This document shows, piece by piece, positions 30,880 to 45,349 of a stretch of 64,000 nt of DNA (position 1 is its first letter; each line of letters starts with the position of its first letter). The position numbers were made by a program, and so were the translations under genes. Origin of the DNA: the human T2T-CHM13v2.0 reference genome, Homo sapiens; the NCBI RefSeq assembly GCF_009914755.1, contig NC_060926.1; one strand, written 5' to 3'. The notes below the pieces were generated by a model. The model was not told the DNA's origin. It saw only the letters and a program-made list of their open reading frames with translations, and searched no databases.

Positions 30880-33240
30880 TTTTTATTGAAGCATAAAATA
30901 CAATAACATACAATAAACTGTGCAGGGGTACTGATCTTATGTGTTCCTCTTGGTGAATTTTTGCATCTGTATAATCAGGTCAAGATATGGCTCTTTCCAG
31001 TACCCCAAAAGCCCCCTTTATGTTCCACTTCCACCCACACCAACCCCTGAGGTAACTACTGTGTATTTCTATCAACAGGGAATAGGTTAGCCTGCTTATG
31101 ACCTTAATATCAATCAAATCATGCACTATGTACTTTAGTGTCTGGATTCTTCCATTTAATATAATAGCTTAAGGTTCACCTATTTTGTTGCACTTATTAG
31201 TACTTCATACCTTTTATTGTTTTGTAGTTTTCTATTGTATGTTTGTGGGTGCGTATGTGTTTATATATTTGTGTGTACACATGCACGTGAATATTTATGT
31301 ACACACACCTATATTCCATGATTGACGTACCCATTCTCCTGTTGATGGGTCTGTGGGTTGTTTCTAGTTTTTTGCTATTACAAATAAAGCTGCTATGAAC
31401 ATTCTTGTGCATGTTTTTTTTCATGCACATATGTGCAGCTTATTGTTGGGTGAACACAATGGGTGAATTTGCTGGATCACAGGGTATGCACCTGTTGACT
31501 TTAATAGATGCTACCAAATGATATTCAACAGTGGTTATGACATTTTACATCCCAACCACCAGTGATTGAAAGGTCCAGTCGCTTCCTATCCTCACTAGCA
31601 TTCGGTAGTGTCAGGCTTTTAAATTTTAGTTATTCTGGTGGGTGTGTAGTGGCATCTCATTATGGCTTTAGTTTGCATTTACTTGATAAGTAGTATAACG
31701 TGCAGTATTTTTTCACATGCTTGTTAGCCATTTGGATATTCTCTCCTTTTAAGTGAAATATTTTTACACATTTTAAAATTGGTTTGTTTTCTCGTTGATT
31801 TGTAGGAGTTGTTCATATATTTCAGATATGAGTCCTTTTTATTACCTGTACAAAGATATTTGTCTGAGACTTGCTTTTTTATTCTCTTAATGATTTCTGT
31901 TGATGAACAGAAGTCTTCAATTTTAGTGAAGTTCAATTAATCAGGTTTTTTTTTTTAATTTAAGGCTACTAATTTATTGCATCCTAAGAAATCTTGGCTT
32001 CCTCCAAGGTCTTGAAACTATTCTATTTCCCTTTGGAAACTTTATTGTTTTATCTTTCATATTTAAGTCTATGATCCATCTCACATTAATTTCTGTGCAT
32101 TGTAGGAGGTAGGGGTTCACACTTAGTTTTTTTGCCCTATTCAAGTTTCAGCACCAGCTGTTGAAAAGATAATTCTTTCCTCCACTGAATTACATTGGTA
32201 TTGTCTTTGTGAATCAGGTGAGCATATATGTGGGTCTATTTCTGCACTGAATTTTATAACACTGATCAACTTATCTATTCTTTCACCAATACCATGCTGT
32301 CTTAGTTACTAAAGCTTTGTCATTTTTGTAAGACTCAACATTTTGTACTGTAAATTCTCCAATTTTGTTCTTCAAGGCTGTCTTAGCAATTCTAGGTCTC
32401 TTGCATTTCCTTGTAAAATTCAGAACCAACTTGTCAATTTCAACAACCATAAACTTTCTGGGATTTTGATTGTGATTTTATTGAACTTATGTATCAGTTC
32501 AGGAAGAATTAATGTCTTAACGATATTGAGTCATCCAATCTGTGAACATGTGTGTCTCTCATTTATTTAACTCTTTTTAAATTTCTCCCAGTAATTTTGC
32601 TGTTATTGTTATTTTTTCAATATACAAGTCTTGCACATATTTTAACTTTATTCTCAAGTATTTCATAAATACATGTTTATAAATATGTACATAAATATTA
32701 TATGTATATATATATATATTTAGAGACAGGGTCTCACTCTGTCACCCAGTCTAGAGTGCAGTATAACAATAGCTTGCTGTAATCTTCAACTCCTCAGCTC
32801 AAGCCATTCTCTCACCTCAATCTCCCAAATAGCTGGGACTACCACCATACCCAGCTACTTTTTTTTCTTTCTTTTTTTTTTTTTTTTTTGTAGACAGGGT
32901 GTCACTATGCTACTCAGGCTGGTCTTGAACTCCTGGCCTCAAATGTGTTCCTCCTGCCTTGACCTCCCAAAGTGCTAGGATGACAGGCATGAGCCACTGG
33001 GCCCGGCTTATTTTATATTTTTTGAATCCATTATAATGGTATAGACCTTTAAAATTTTTCCTTGCCAATTGTTTGTGGCTATTTTATAGAAATGCAATTT
33101 TATAGATTGAGTTTGTATTAATGTACTTATTAGTTCTAATAGTTTGTAATAGATTTTTTGGAATTTCTACATACAAAATTAGGGCATTTGCAAATAAAGA
33201 CAGTTTTACTTCTTCCTTTCTACTTTTTATGGTCTCTTAT
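30880..33240 (-). mobile_element. Old L1 (L1MB/L1ME-like) ORF2 end and 3'UTR, with nested AluJ
   Basis: aaataaagctgctatgaacattcttgtgc, gtgtagtggcatctcattatgg, atttaagtctatgatccat reverse L1 motifs. Confidence 0.7.
32722..33007 (-). mobile_element. AluJ with (TA)n tail
   Basis: gagacagggtctcactctgtcaccc...cctggcctcaa...gagccactgggcccggc. Confidence 0.8.
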
Positions 33241-34081
33241 TTATTTTTCTTCAGAAAAGACTTCCAAATATTCTCTCTGTAGACTGATGGTCCTAATTGA
33301 AGTCATATGTAAAATGGCTATAAAAGTGCCAGGACAAGGAAGGCTTCTTTGGAAAGAATATTGGATAATTTAATTGAAGCAATGATCTGAATATGATTTC
33401 TCACTGAATGCCCCGTTGATAGAAAATGTTTACATACAAAAATGTATGCAATGTACATACATAATAAATATGTATATCAACAACAACATGGTGAATCACC
33501 TTCATAGCAAATGAAAAAAAAAAAAAAAACACAAAAAACCAACAACTTTGCCTGAAGGAAAATTCTTGTGGAGTTACCACAAAATGCTCAAAAGCTTGAA
33601 TGCAGAGGTCTTAAAACAAACTTTGCTCCTATCAAACTTTGCCTGTTTATGTCTCAGGACTTTTTAGAAAGCAATTTTCCCTGTATTTATCCACATAAAC
33701 ACACAAGATAAGGGCAGGATTTCTGTCTTCTATTTCTAAGTTGCACCTTGCCAATTAGGTGTTCCATGGACGTTCCTTGAATGAGTGAATGCATGAATAA
33801 ATGAAAAGAATGAATGAGTGGATGAGAGAACTCAGACCCAATCTTCAGTTTTCTTTGATAACTCACCCTGTTGGACTTAGAATTTATTTGCTATTTTCCA
33901 TATGCTGTTCAGATAATCTGGTTTCCCATTTACAACTTGATTCCATTAAAGGAATGTTCCCAGCTGTAGTAAACTGTTTTCAAAGATTGTGCAACAATCT
34001 CTTTGCCCCCACTTGCCACATCTACCCTATTTCTCAGAGGTTACCCCTGGTAATAGTCAAACAGAGAATTAGAAAAAGTAG

Positions 34082-34558
<477 letters not shown>

Positions 34559-36399
34559 AGAATTTGACTTTTTTTAAAAACTAAATTTGGTTGTATCAAT
34601 CGTTCTGCATGCATTGTATAGTTATGGTCCTGGAAGTTATGTTATAATTATCATGCAGCTTCAGTGAACTTCAATCCACCATCTACATGCTCTGACCTCT
34701 CTACTCATTGCCCCTCCATCTACATTGAAACAGGTGCTCCCACTCTCTGTCTGCACTCAACAGTCCTGCCAATGTCTATCAGTCCTCTATTCCCCATAAT
34801 AGTTTACTCACTCACCCATGTACATGATCATCTCTCTATATAATTTCCGTAGACCCCAAGGGTCCCAGTGCAGTGCTTTGCAGAAAGTAGAACTTTAGAA
34901 CAATACTTGCTAAATGCACAAAGTAAAAGAGGAGATGGACAGACGGGTAGACATCAAAGATGGGATGTAACCAATACACAGTCAGTGTTACAATCAGCAA
35001 GATATAGTATACATACATTAAATTACATTGGATTGTTTTCTAGTAATTACGGTTCTGGGTTTATAATGGTTTTGAGAGAGGCATTAGCAATTCCTACCTT
35101 GGATTAGTCACAATGTTTAGTTTTCTGTCGGAAGGCACATTATTTATTTAATGTCACAATACTAAAATCATTTCATTCTGCAATGTTCAATAAACAGAAA
35201 AAACCCGCCTAACATCTATATTAAATTGTTGCTAAGAAAGTAAACATTTCTCCCCCTGTTTTCTCTAAGTTGATTAAGCACCAGTATATTTAAAAATGTT
35301 TCCCAAGCCTGAGAAGGCTCCCCTCTGTACTTACAACTATTCGGTGTAGAATGTTTTTCCTACCACTTGATTACAATTTGGCAGTAGTTTCTGAATAATT
35401 TACAAATTTTAAATTTCTGTGCCCCAAACACACATGTGTTTGCAGCTAAACAGACTTGAAAGAATATGCAAATTGCACTTTTATGTCAAAAATGAGTGAA
35501 TGCAGCTTCATGCAGAGAAAAAGCTAACTGTCACCCTTGTGTTTTTGTTTAGACTAATCTGTGTGCTGTCGCCCCCACATCAGACTGCATCAACATTTTC
35601 TTTGGGATATTAGACATAAATGTTTATGGCTGCAAAGAGCCTAGGAGGGATTGGCACTTATTAAAAACGACCCTGGAGTATTTTCTTTGGTTTCCACATA
35701 AATATCCCGGGGAAGCATTCAATGGAATGAGACTGCCAGGTAGAAGGAAATGAGCATTGCAGCAGGGCGCTGGGGTCTCCTGGGTCCTGTCACATGAGAG
35801 GCCTCATCCAGGAGTGCAGCAAGAAGGCTGAGACCAGAGAACTGGGTGGAGCTGTCTTCTTCTCACTGTGGAAGATGATGTTGCTGCTGATGGGAAATGT
35901 CTCCCCCTAAGGCCAGGAATTTCCGCTTCCCCTGCCCCTCCCCAAAACTTCAATTTTAAAGAGTCATCTAAAGACTAGATACCATATGTAGATTTCATCC
36001 CATCTTCAATGTGGAGGCCAAGCCTTGGTGTGTTATCAAGATGGGGCAACCTCCTACACCACACTCAGTTTCATTCACAGGACGAAGTAGGTGAGAGCTC
36101 ACTATGCCTTCTCAAAGGTTGGGAGCTGGTTCCTGAAGTTGACACATGGAGGTGTTCTTCCTTGATTTTAGAAAAAGCTAAGAATTTTATACGAGCATCT
36201 CAGACATTGAGGACATGATTCTAGTCCTCTCTGATTCAACCAAAATTTATCAAAAATCCACTATACAAAGGCCCATTAAGTTCTCCTGATATTAACCTCT
36301 CCAATGTAATCACTGTCCTCTAGCTTTTACCCCTAGACTGCCTGAAATTTAGGTAATGTCATTGCACTCCCAGTTGTCTTTACCTCATATCATCCCACT

Positions 36400-36640
36400 A
36401 CAGTAGCTATCACCAAGGTCACAAACCACCTCCACAAAACCAAACCAAATGAACATTTTCCAGTTTCCATCTCACCTCTCATCAGCATTGGTGCTTTTGA
36501 TCACTTCCTCCTTTTTGAAACCCTTTTTTCTCTTGACTTCAATAACACCACACTCACTTTTTCTCCCTCCTATTCCTGGCAGCTCCTGTCTGTCTTTTTC
36601 TTGCAGGCCCATTTCTCTCTACCCAGTCTTTAAATGCTGA
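36400..36640 (+). mobile_element. L2, left part, split by the L1MB insertion
   Basis: ccaaggtcac...tcagcatt...gatcacttcctcc...ttgacttcaataacaccacactc; resumes at ~39105-39430. Confidence 0.65.
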
Positions 36641-36644
36641 CAGA

Positions 36645-39100
36645 CTAGAAACCGCACAGTCATCTCAAGAGGCACAGAAAGAGCATTTAACAAAGCCCAA
36701 CATTCTTTAGTGTTGAAAACACTCAGTAAACTAGGAAAAGAAGGGAAGTTAACCTGACAAAAGCAAGGAAATGGAACCTGCCCTAGAGCCTCCAGAAAGG
36801 AGCAGATCCCAGACAACACACTCCAATCTAGCCTGGTGACACCATGTTGGACTTTGAATCCATTGAACTGGGAGATAAGAAATTTATGTCGTTTTAAGCC
36901 AATTTATCATAATGAGTTATAGAAGCAATAGAGAACTATTATAATACAGTCATCTATGAAAAACTCTAATAATACAGTATAATAATACAGCCATCTGTGA
37001 AAAACCCACACCTAACACCAACTTAAGGGTGAAAGACTGGATATTTCCCCCTTAAGATCAAGAACAAGACACGGATGTCTAGTCGCAGCACTTCCATTCA
37101 ACATCTAATTCAGGGTATCTAATTCACGGTAATTAGGTGAGAAAAAGAAATAAAAAGCATCCAGATTGGAATGGAAAAAGTAAAACTAGCTCATATTTGC
37201 ACATGAAATCATCTTGCATATAGTAAATCCTAAGAAAAGCACAAAAATTGGGCATAATAAATATGTTCAGAATAGTTGCAGGATACAAGATCAATATGCA
37301 AAAATTAATTGTATGTCTATAACTAGCAAGAACAATCAGAAAATAAGACAATGATTTCATCTATAATGACATCAAAAAGAAGAAAGTACTTAGAAATAAA
37401 TTTAAAATAAGTTCAAGACATATATACTGAAAACGATAAAACCACTGAAAGAAATTAAAGAAGACTTTAAAAAATGAAAAGTTATTCAATTACAATTGAT
37501 TGGAATATTTCAAATATTATTATGATATCAATACTCCCCAAATTGATCTACAGATGCAGCGCAATCCCTATCAAAATTCCAGATGGCTTTTCTGTAGGTA
37601 TTAGTAAGCTCATTATAAAATTCATGTGGAAATTCAAGGGACCCAGAGGAACCAAAACAATACTGAAAAAGAACAAACTTGGAATACTCACACTTTCTAC
37701 TTTAAAAACACAAAGCTATAGTGATCAAGACTGTGAAGTATAGGCATAAAAATAGACATACACATCCACATCGACGGAATAGAATTGAGAATCCAGACAA
37801 AAAAAAACCTCTTACATTTTTGGTCAATTGATTTTTGACATGGGGGAAATAGTCTTTCAACAAATGTTGCTGAGACAACTGATATCCACATGCAAAAGGG
37901 TGAACTTGGATCCTTATCTCTCTATGTACAAAAGTTAACTGAAAAGGGCCAGAGACCTTCATGTGAGAGCTGAAAATACAAAACTTTTAGAAGAAAATAT
38001 AGATGTGAATCTTCATGTCCTCAGTTTAGGCAATGGTTTCTTAGCCATGACACCAAGAGCACAAGTTGCAAACAAAAATGTAAATTGCACTTCATCAAAG
38101 TAAAACACTTTTGTGCTTCAAAGAATATAATCAATAAAGTGAAAACCCACAGAATGAGAAAGAATTTTTGTAAATCATACATTTCATAAGGGACTTGTAT
38201 CCAGAATAAAAAATGTATATACAATGCTACAATAAAAAGAAAAATAATCCAATTTTAAAATGGGCAAAAGATTGGAATAAGCATTTCTCCAAAGAGGATA
38301 TATAAATGGTCAAAAACACATGAGAAAATGCTCACATTATTAGGGAAATGCAAATCAAAACTGCAATGAGATGTCACTTCATGTCCACTAGGATGACTAT
38401 AAAAAACAGACAATAACAGGCGTTGATGAGGATATGGAGAGCTTAAACCTCATACATTGCTAGTAGGAATGTAAAATTAATGCAGCTGCTTTAGAAAAAC
38501 AGTTTGGCAGTTCCTCAAAAAGTTGAACATAGAATTGCCATATGACCCAGCAATTCCACTCCTAGGTATATAAAAAAATTGAAGACATATGTCCATACAA
38601 AAACTTGTATATCATTGTTTATAGCAGCCTTGTTCATAAAAGCCCTAAAATGGAAACAACTCAATGTCCATCAATTGATGAATGGATAAACAAAATGTGG
38701 TATAGCTATACAATGGAATATTATTTAGTGATCAAAAGGAATAAAATACTAACACATGCTACAACATGGATGGATCTTAATATCATTATGCTAAGAAGCT
38801 AGACATAAGAAGTCACATATTGTACAATTCCACTTATACGAAATGTCCAGATTAGGGAAATCCACAGATACACAAAGTAAATTAGTGGTTGTCAGAGGTT
38901 AGGAAGATGATGGAATGGGGATGAATGCTAATGGGTGTGTGGTTCGTTTTTGGGGTGACAAAAATATTCTGGAATTAGATAGCAGTGATAGCTGCATAAC
39001 CCTGTGAACTTATTAAAATACTGAATTGTACACTTAAAAATGAATTTTATGTATGCAAATTATATCTCAATAAAGTTTTTATATATTAACAAGACAAAAC
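36645..39100 (+). mobile_element. L1MB5/L1MB7-like 3' 2.4 kb (decayed RT to 3' end)
   Basis: Decayed ORF2 (ILPKLIYRCSAIPIKIP) and 3' end gaaatgtccaga...tggaattagatag...tatatctcaataaa. Confidence 0.8.
36760..36943 (+). mobile_element. MLT1 LTR 3' half nested in L1MB
   Basis: ccctagagcctccagaaagg...gagataagaaatttatgtcgttttaagcc...agcaatag. Confidence 0.7.
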
Positions 39101-41152
39101 AAAACAGTGGATGGGCCTCAAGCTTTGGTCCCAAGTCTATTCTTTTTCTGTATTTTCCCTGGGCAATCTCTTTGACTCCTATGGCTTCAGCTATAACCGA
39201 GGTACCTGTCAATCTCAAGTTTTTATCTCTATCACAAATCTCTCCTCTGAGTTTCTCTGAATTTCCTACTTGAAGGTTTCGAAAGCACCTCTCATTTGAC
39301 ATAACCCAGGCTAAAATTTTGCTTTCCTTTTCTGCACCAAAGCCTGGTCTTCCTTCAGTGTTGCCTATTCAGCAAGTGGCACCACCATCCACTGGTTTAC
39401 CAGAGTTGGAAATGGGAATGACACTTTCTTGTTCTTATGCCTTGTTGGTGTTTAGGAGGTACAATAAACGACAGTCTCTTTCCTCTGCTCAAGTTGATAT
39501 TCAATGATGTCAGGTTGATATAGAAGAAGATCTTGTCGTCAGCTTTATTACTGATAAAGCCAGTACTGGAAAATATGGCTTAGTTGCTTGGTACCAGGTG
39601 ATTTCCCAACACTGAGCCCCAGATGTAGGCACACTGAACACTCATTTATAAGCAGAACCAGCAACTGCAGCCTCCCCAAACAGGGCCCTGTCTCTGCCTA
39701 GCTTAGGGCAAACAGGAGCAGACAGAGATATGTATTTTCAGTGGTCAGAAAGAGGAGGGATCTGGGAGACAGACATAAACTTGGAATTTGTGGGTATCTC
39801 AACTGTAGCTCAGCCATAAGAGTGGGAGATTGCCTGGGGAGAGTATAGAGAAAGAATAGGATTCAAGACTAAGGCTTGAGGCTGGTCAACTTTAAAGGCT
39901 GCATAGAGGAATATGAGCTTTTGATGGAGACAGAGCACCAGCCAGAAAAGGAATGAAGTAATTGTGGTGTTGTGAAAGTCCATGGAAGAGTGTTTCAAGA
40001 AGGAAGGAGGTATCAAGCATCTTTATGCAGGGCCTTTGCACCTGTTGTACTCAGCTGACTGTTCTTCCCCACCTTTTTAGCTGCTTTAATTACTACTCAT
40101 TTCTCCATCTAAGTGGCATTCCCACAGGGAAATCTTCCCTTATTCCTGACTACCAGGCCTGGGTTAATCTCTTTCCCCCTTTACATGCTCTTATGGTCCC
40201 TGAAAATTTCCTACAACCCCTTGTGTTGACTGAAATATGATTAATACAAATGTAATTTATTAATTGAAATGTAATTAAATGCACGGGTATCATTCATGTC
40301 CCCACTTCACCGTTACTTCCGTGACAGTCTATTCACCTCTCTAACCCTTTGCTAAAAAATATTGGTGAGTATATAAACAAATCAGGGAACCATTGTAACA
40401 GTTTCGCATAATAAGGGATAGGTTTCAGGCTCATGTGTGGGTGTTATTTTTGGAAATAGTGACGCTCTGTAGAAAATGCACTTGCCTCCTATGATTCATA
40501 TTTTCTACTAAATAAAGATAGGGAATAAAATGTATTTGGACTTGAGGCCTGAATTTCAGTGAGCTTTCCTTTCAAGAGGCACCGGGGAGATTATCCTGCG
40601 AACTGTTGACCTTCCTGGAAGATTTTGAAAACCCACACCTGCGAATGGGAAGACCCTTTGTGCTTCATGAGTGTTTGGTGAGTGACACTGAGTGCTTGAC
40701 AGTGGGGAGGTCTGGGCTCTTTTCTATAAAGATTTTATGGCAGTGACAATGGGATGAGAGCATTTCTCACATGCAGCAGAGCAGAGTTTGTCTCGTGTAG
40801 CTCTCCTGTGCTTGCAGCAATGAACCTTTGAGGATCGTCCTGCCATCTTGAACAACACATATACCTTCTTGTGCTCATTTGGACATCTTTTTAGTCTTAT
40901 TGGGCTCTCTCTAATGGAGAGACACAGTGACCAATTTCACAACTAGGTATGTGGTCATAAAAAACTCATGAGCCGAAGTCCTCTGATGTTTGCAGTTTTC
41001 TTCCTCCACTTGTAAAAGTCAGCTTGAAGTTGGGTGATTCTAGTCACCCACTGGGTGTGAGCTGGGTTCCTACATGGACCATGTCTGGGACTTCTTAGAT
41101 GTACTGATGATTGGGTGATGATGGAAATCTGGACCTGCTCACCCTTAAGACC

Positions 41153-41611
41153 TGTGTTAGCCCTACTTCACACTGCCATAAAGAACTACCTGCAGCTGGG
41201 TAACTTGTAAACAAAGAGGTTTAATTGACTCACCGTTCTGCGTGGCTGGGGAGGTCTCAGGAAACTTAGAATCATGGCAGAAGGTGAAGGCGAAGCAAGG
41301 CATGTCTTACATGGTGTCAGGAGAGAGGGAGAAAGGGAGAGGAGGAGAAGGGGAGACGGGGAGAGGGGGAGAGAGAGAGGCAGGTGAAAGAGGGAGGGAG
41401 GGAGAGAGAGAGACAGCGAGAGAGAGCGAGAGCAGGGGAAGAGCCGTACACTTATCAAACAACCAGATCTCGTGAGAATGCTATCACGAGAACAGCAAGG
41501 GGGAAATCCACGCCCATGATTCAATCACCTCCCAGCAGACCACTCCCCCAGCATGTGAAGATTATAATTTGAGATGAGATTTGGGTGGGAACACAGAGCC
41601 AAACCATATCA
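41153..41611 (-). mobile_element. MaLR solo LTR (MSTA/THE1D-like) with expanded internal polypurine tract
   Basis: tgtgttag...aaagaggtttaattgactcac...ccaaaccatatca termini; TSD agacc/agaac. Confidence 0.88.
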
Positions 41612-42049
41612 AGAACCATCTGTGCTTAATATGCCTCTGCTCATTATTGGGATTTAACTCAATAGCAGTATAAGTTACCGTGAATATTTGCTGAAAAGCA
41701 TAACCTACTGACCTCTGTGGGGACATTAAAGGTATACTACCAGAACTCATAATTTTGTCCTTCTTTCCAAAGCTTTCCTGGAGTAGCCTTTTACTAGGGG
41801 CAGAGACGGAGAAGTACAGAAGAATGCATTTTGAAGAATCATTTTCTCCTCTCTGTCTCCTTTGGCAAGGATTGATGGGTGTCTGCTTAAACAAGCGGCA
41901 TCCTGTACACCCTGACCTCGGCCCTTGCCCCTACCTCCTCCTTCAGAGCCTTGGTTGTCCCATAGTTGCTACCTGTACCCTACCTAAGGCCCCTGCCTTT
42001 CATGTGGTCCAACTCACACTGTTGGGGACCAAGAAAAACAAGCTTAGCT

Positions 42050-42260
42050 GGTAATAGCACAGTCTTAGGAGTCAGACAGACTTGGGTTTGAATACTTGGT
42101 GACCTTGGGCAAGTTACTTAGCTTTTCTGGAACTCTGTTTCCTCACCTGGAAGACTGAGATAATAGTACCCACTGCCTCATGAGGTAGTTGGAGGAATAA
42201 ATGAACTAATGCAGACAAAGCAGAGTGCCCGGAACGTCAAGTTGTCAAATAACTGTCAGT
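42050..42260 (+). mobile_element. MIR SINE
   Basis: ggagtcagacagacttgggtttgaat...gtgaccttgggcaagttactta...gtttcctcacctg. Confidence 0.8.
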
Positions 42261-42294
42261 TATCATCATTGCCTTCATCATCATCATCATTATA

Positions 42295-42850
42295 TCCATC
42301 AGTAAATTTTAGTTACAAGTGACAGAAGCACAGCTTAAGTGAATTTAAGCAAAGAAAGAAAATAGTTTGGCTTGGTTAACTGAAATGTCCAAGAACAGAC
42401 TTAATCTAGAGCTTCAACAACATCATCCGTGCTCAATCTGTCTCTGAATCTCACTTTGCTTTTTTCTATCTTGGCTTTATCCTCCAGCAGGTGGATAAAA
42501 AGATAACTGAAGGACCCTAGCCCACAGAGGCTCAATCTCGCTTCTCCTCCAACCACAAGGCCTGTGTATATGCATGGGGACACTCCAACCCATGTGTCCA
42601 AGCTCCAGCCACAAATCTATCTCCCAGAATACAGTCTCCCCTTGTTCTCAGAAACGCAGACTGTGGAAGAAGCCTCCATGGGCCCTGAAATAGGCTCAAG
42701 ACTCTTTGGGAAGGAATTCCAGGGTCCTGGGCATCAGGAGCATGGTGTAAAAGTGGGAACGGAAACGATGCAGGCTCAAGATGGGCATGTTCAGTTGTTC
42801 CCACAGAATTGTCACCCCATGGGGAAGGGTAGGGCCAGATGAGGGCCAGA
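42295..42850 (-). mobile_element. Old MaLR LTR (MLT1K/L-like)
   Basis: agttacaagtgacagaa...ttaagcaaagaaagaa...taactgaaatgtcca reverse MLT1 end. Confidence 0.5.
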
Positions 42851-43632
42851 ACAGAGCTTTTTAATGTGCAGGCGCCCTGGTTCCCAGGTCTAAGAGAGGT
42901 ATTTACTTACTAAGGAGCATATTTATTCACATAGTGATTGCTGTGAAACAGTCTAACACAATGCAATCCAGGATATAATTACGTGTTGTGGAGGTTTTAG
43001 AGAAGAGAGGGATGGATGCCAACAGGAAAGAGGGTCTTGGAGGATGGAGAGATTGGGATAGGCCCAGGGCGACACTAGGTCTGCCGTATGTAGGCACAAT
43101 AGGGAGCCCAGCCTAGTAAGACAGAAGGTGTGTGCGGGATAAATAGGAGAAGGCTAGGGGGTGGGGTGGGAGTGAGGGGGCTGGAGGAGACATTTAGCAG
43201 GGCTCTACGGGGGAGGTCAGCTCCAAATCTGTTACCATAAGAATTACGGAGTCTTTGAAGTTTGTGAATAGAGGATGATGGTTGGAAGTGGTGATTGAGA
43301 AGCTGGAGCTGAAAGCATGATGCTGGTGGATAAAACGGCCCAGAGCTGAGATCTAGGCTAGTAGATGAGGAATCAGACCAGGGCTACTGTGAAGATGACA
43401 AATTAGGGGGAAGTAGAGAAGGAGGAATGCTCATACATAGTCCACGAAAGAGGCTACACTAACAAAGTGACCACATCCAGATCTGATGTCCCCAGAAGAA
43501 CCAAGTACCTAGCACCAAGTGAGTTGCACACGAATGTGTTGCCGAGTTCAGCTGTTGCAGTAGATGGGATGGACACATGTCCAGTCTTATTTGGTGGTTA
43601 TGACGACCATCTTAACTGCATGAGGTGTTGAA

Positions 43633-43926
43633 TTTTTTCTTTTTTCTGTTTTTTTTTTTTTGAGACGGAGTCTCGCTCTGTCCCCCAGGCTGGAGTGCAG
43701 TGGCGCGATCTCCACCTCCCATGTTCACGCCATTCTCCTTCCTCAGCCTCCCGAGTAGCTGGGACTACAGGTGCCCGCCAACATGCCCTGCTAATTTTTT
43801 GTATTTTTAGTAGAGATGGGGTCTCACCGTGTTAGCCAGGATGGTCTCGATCTCCTGACCTCATGATCCGCCGGCCTTGGCCTCCCAAAGTGTTGGGATT
43901 ACAGGCGTGAGCCACCGTGCCCGGCC
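43633..43926 (-). mobile_element. AluY with ~16-bp internal deletion
   Basis: ttcacgccattctcc and ccgtgttagccaggatggtctcgatc; gatctc joins cacctcc at a ctc microhomology. Confidence 0.88.
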
Positions 43927-45348
43927 AGTGTTTGCTTTTCAATTTTATTCCAGTCTCATGATGGGCAAATTAAATGCAGTGAGTCCATGGGGCTTGGCCT
44001 GGCGAGGGTTACCACCTCTGGGTGTCCCATGGACAGAGCTGGCACCTTGGGCTCAGGCTGACACACTGGTGAGGTTCCTGTGGCCAGAATGGAGAGCTTT
44101 TCCCTGGATGGCTTTGCTGGGCAGTTTGTAGGGCCCTGTTTGTTGGTAAGGGGTGAATGTGTACTTGAATGCATTTGTAAAGGGGGCTTCCAATCCTGGC
44201 CTGTGCCCACTGGCTTCTCACATGAGGAAGGGTCTCCACAGTGCCTGCCAGCTTCATGACTAGAGCGCTGGTGCCCGCAGGCCCAGGTGGGTCCCACCAA
44301 AGCCTTGGCTCCTACAGCATGGGGCATACACAGGGACTCAAGGGTATTCCTGGGAGTGAAAAAATCATGCACGGCCATGTGTTGCAGATCTAGCCTTAAA
44401 GCTGGGCAATTTTTAATTACATGGTGTCAGTCAACCCATAATTGTTTATTGATCACCTACTGTGAACTCTGCATTGTGTTGAATGCTGCATGAGACACAG
44501 AAGAAATTCAAAGGACTTCTAAAGAATATAGAGGTTTTGAGTCTGAGGACTTGGGTTCAAGTCCCAGCACTACCATTTACTGGTTATGTGGACTTTATTA
44601 AGTCTTTCAACAGTTTCCTTATCTGTAAAATTGGCACAGAAACACAACCTATCTGACAACATTGATAGAGAAATACATGAGATAGCTATAATGATATCAT
44701 AAGCTGACAGATATTTATTCTAATTGAATACGTGGAGACTAAAAAATTGATAATTTTCTAATGTTTAATAATAAAAATCCTCCAGTTCTATAATTCAATA
44801 GTTCTATGAAACTTTTTCTCGCTCCCAGGAAACATGTCATCTGACTGTAGGAATAAAACTAAGACACGTGTATAAGAGCAATGAATACAAGAGAGAAAAT
44901 ATACCATATTTAATGAGACAGAGCATAAGAGCCATTTGGTATTTTCTCAACTTTGATGTCATTTTCTTCCTTCCTGATTGTCACATTTCTAGAAGTATCT
45001 GGTTTCTCCATAGGCTCCTGAATGTGGAAAGTATCTGTAGCTAAGAGACAATTAGAAGCCACTGTCTCCCCAGCCGCCGTTTACAGATGGGGTGACCAAG
45101 GCCTAGGGAAGAGAGGAGTCCTGCCTTGCAAAGATGGTGCCGTTAGGAAGTGGTAGGACCAGGACTTGACCTCTACTGGTTCTTTCCAATCTACTCTGCT
45201 GCCCTCTGACCTGGCAGTCATCCACAAGGTGTGAGATCTGGGTGATGAAGGGGCACCTCCCCACTTCACTGCAGGCCACTCTTTGCTTTCCTGTCCTGGG
45301 TGGTCCGTCACACATAACCATGTCTTTATAATAATTTATTTTGGCATG

Positions 45349-45349
<1 letters not shown>

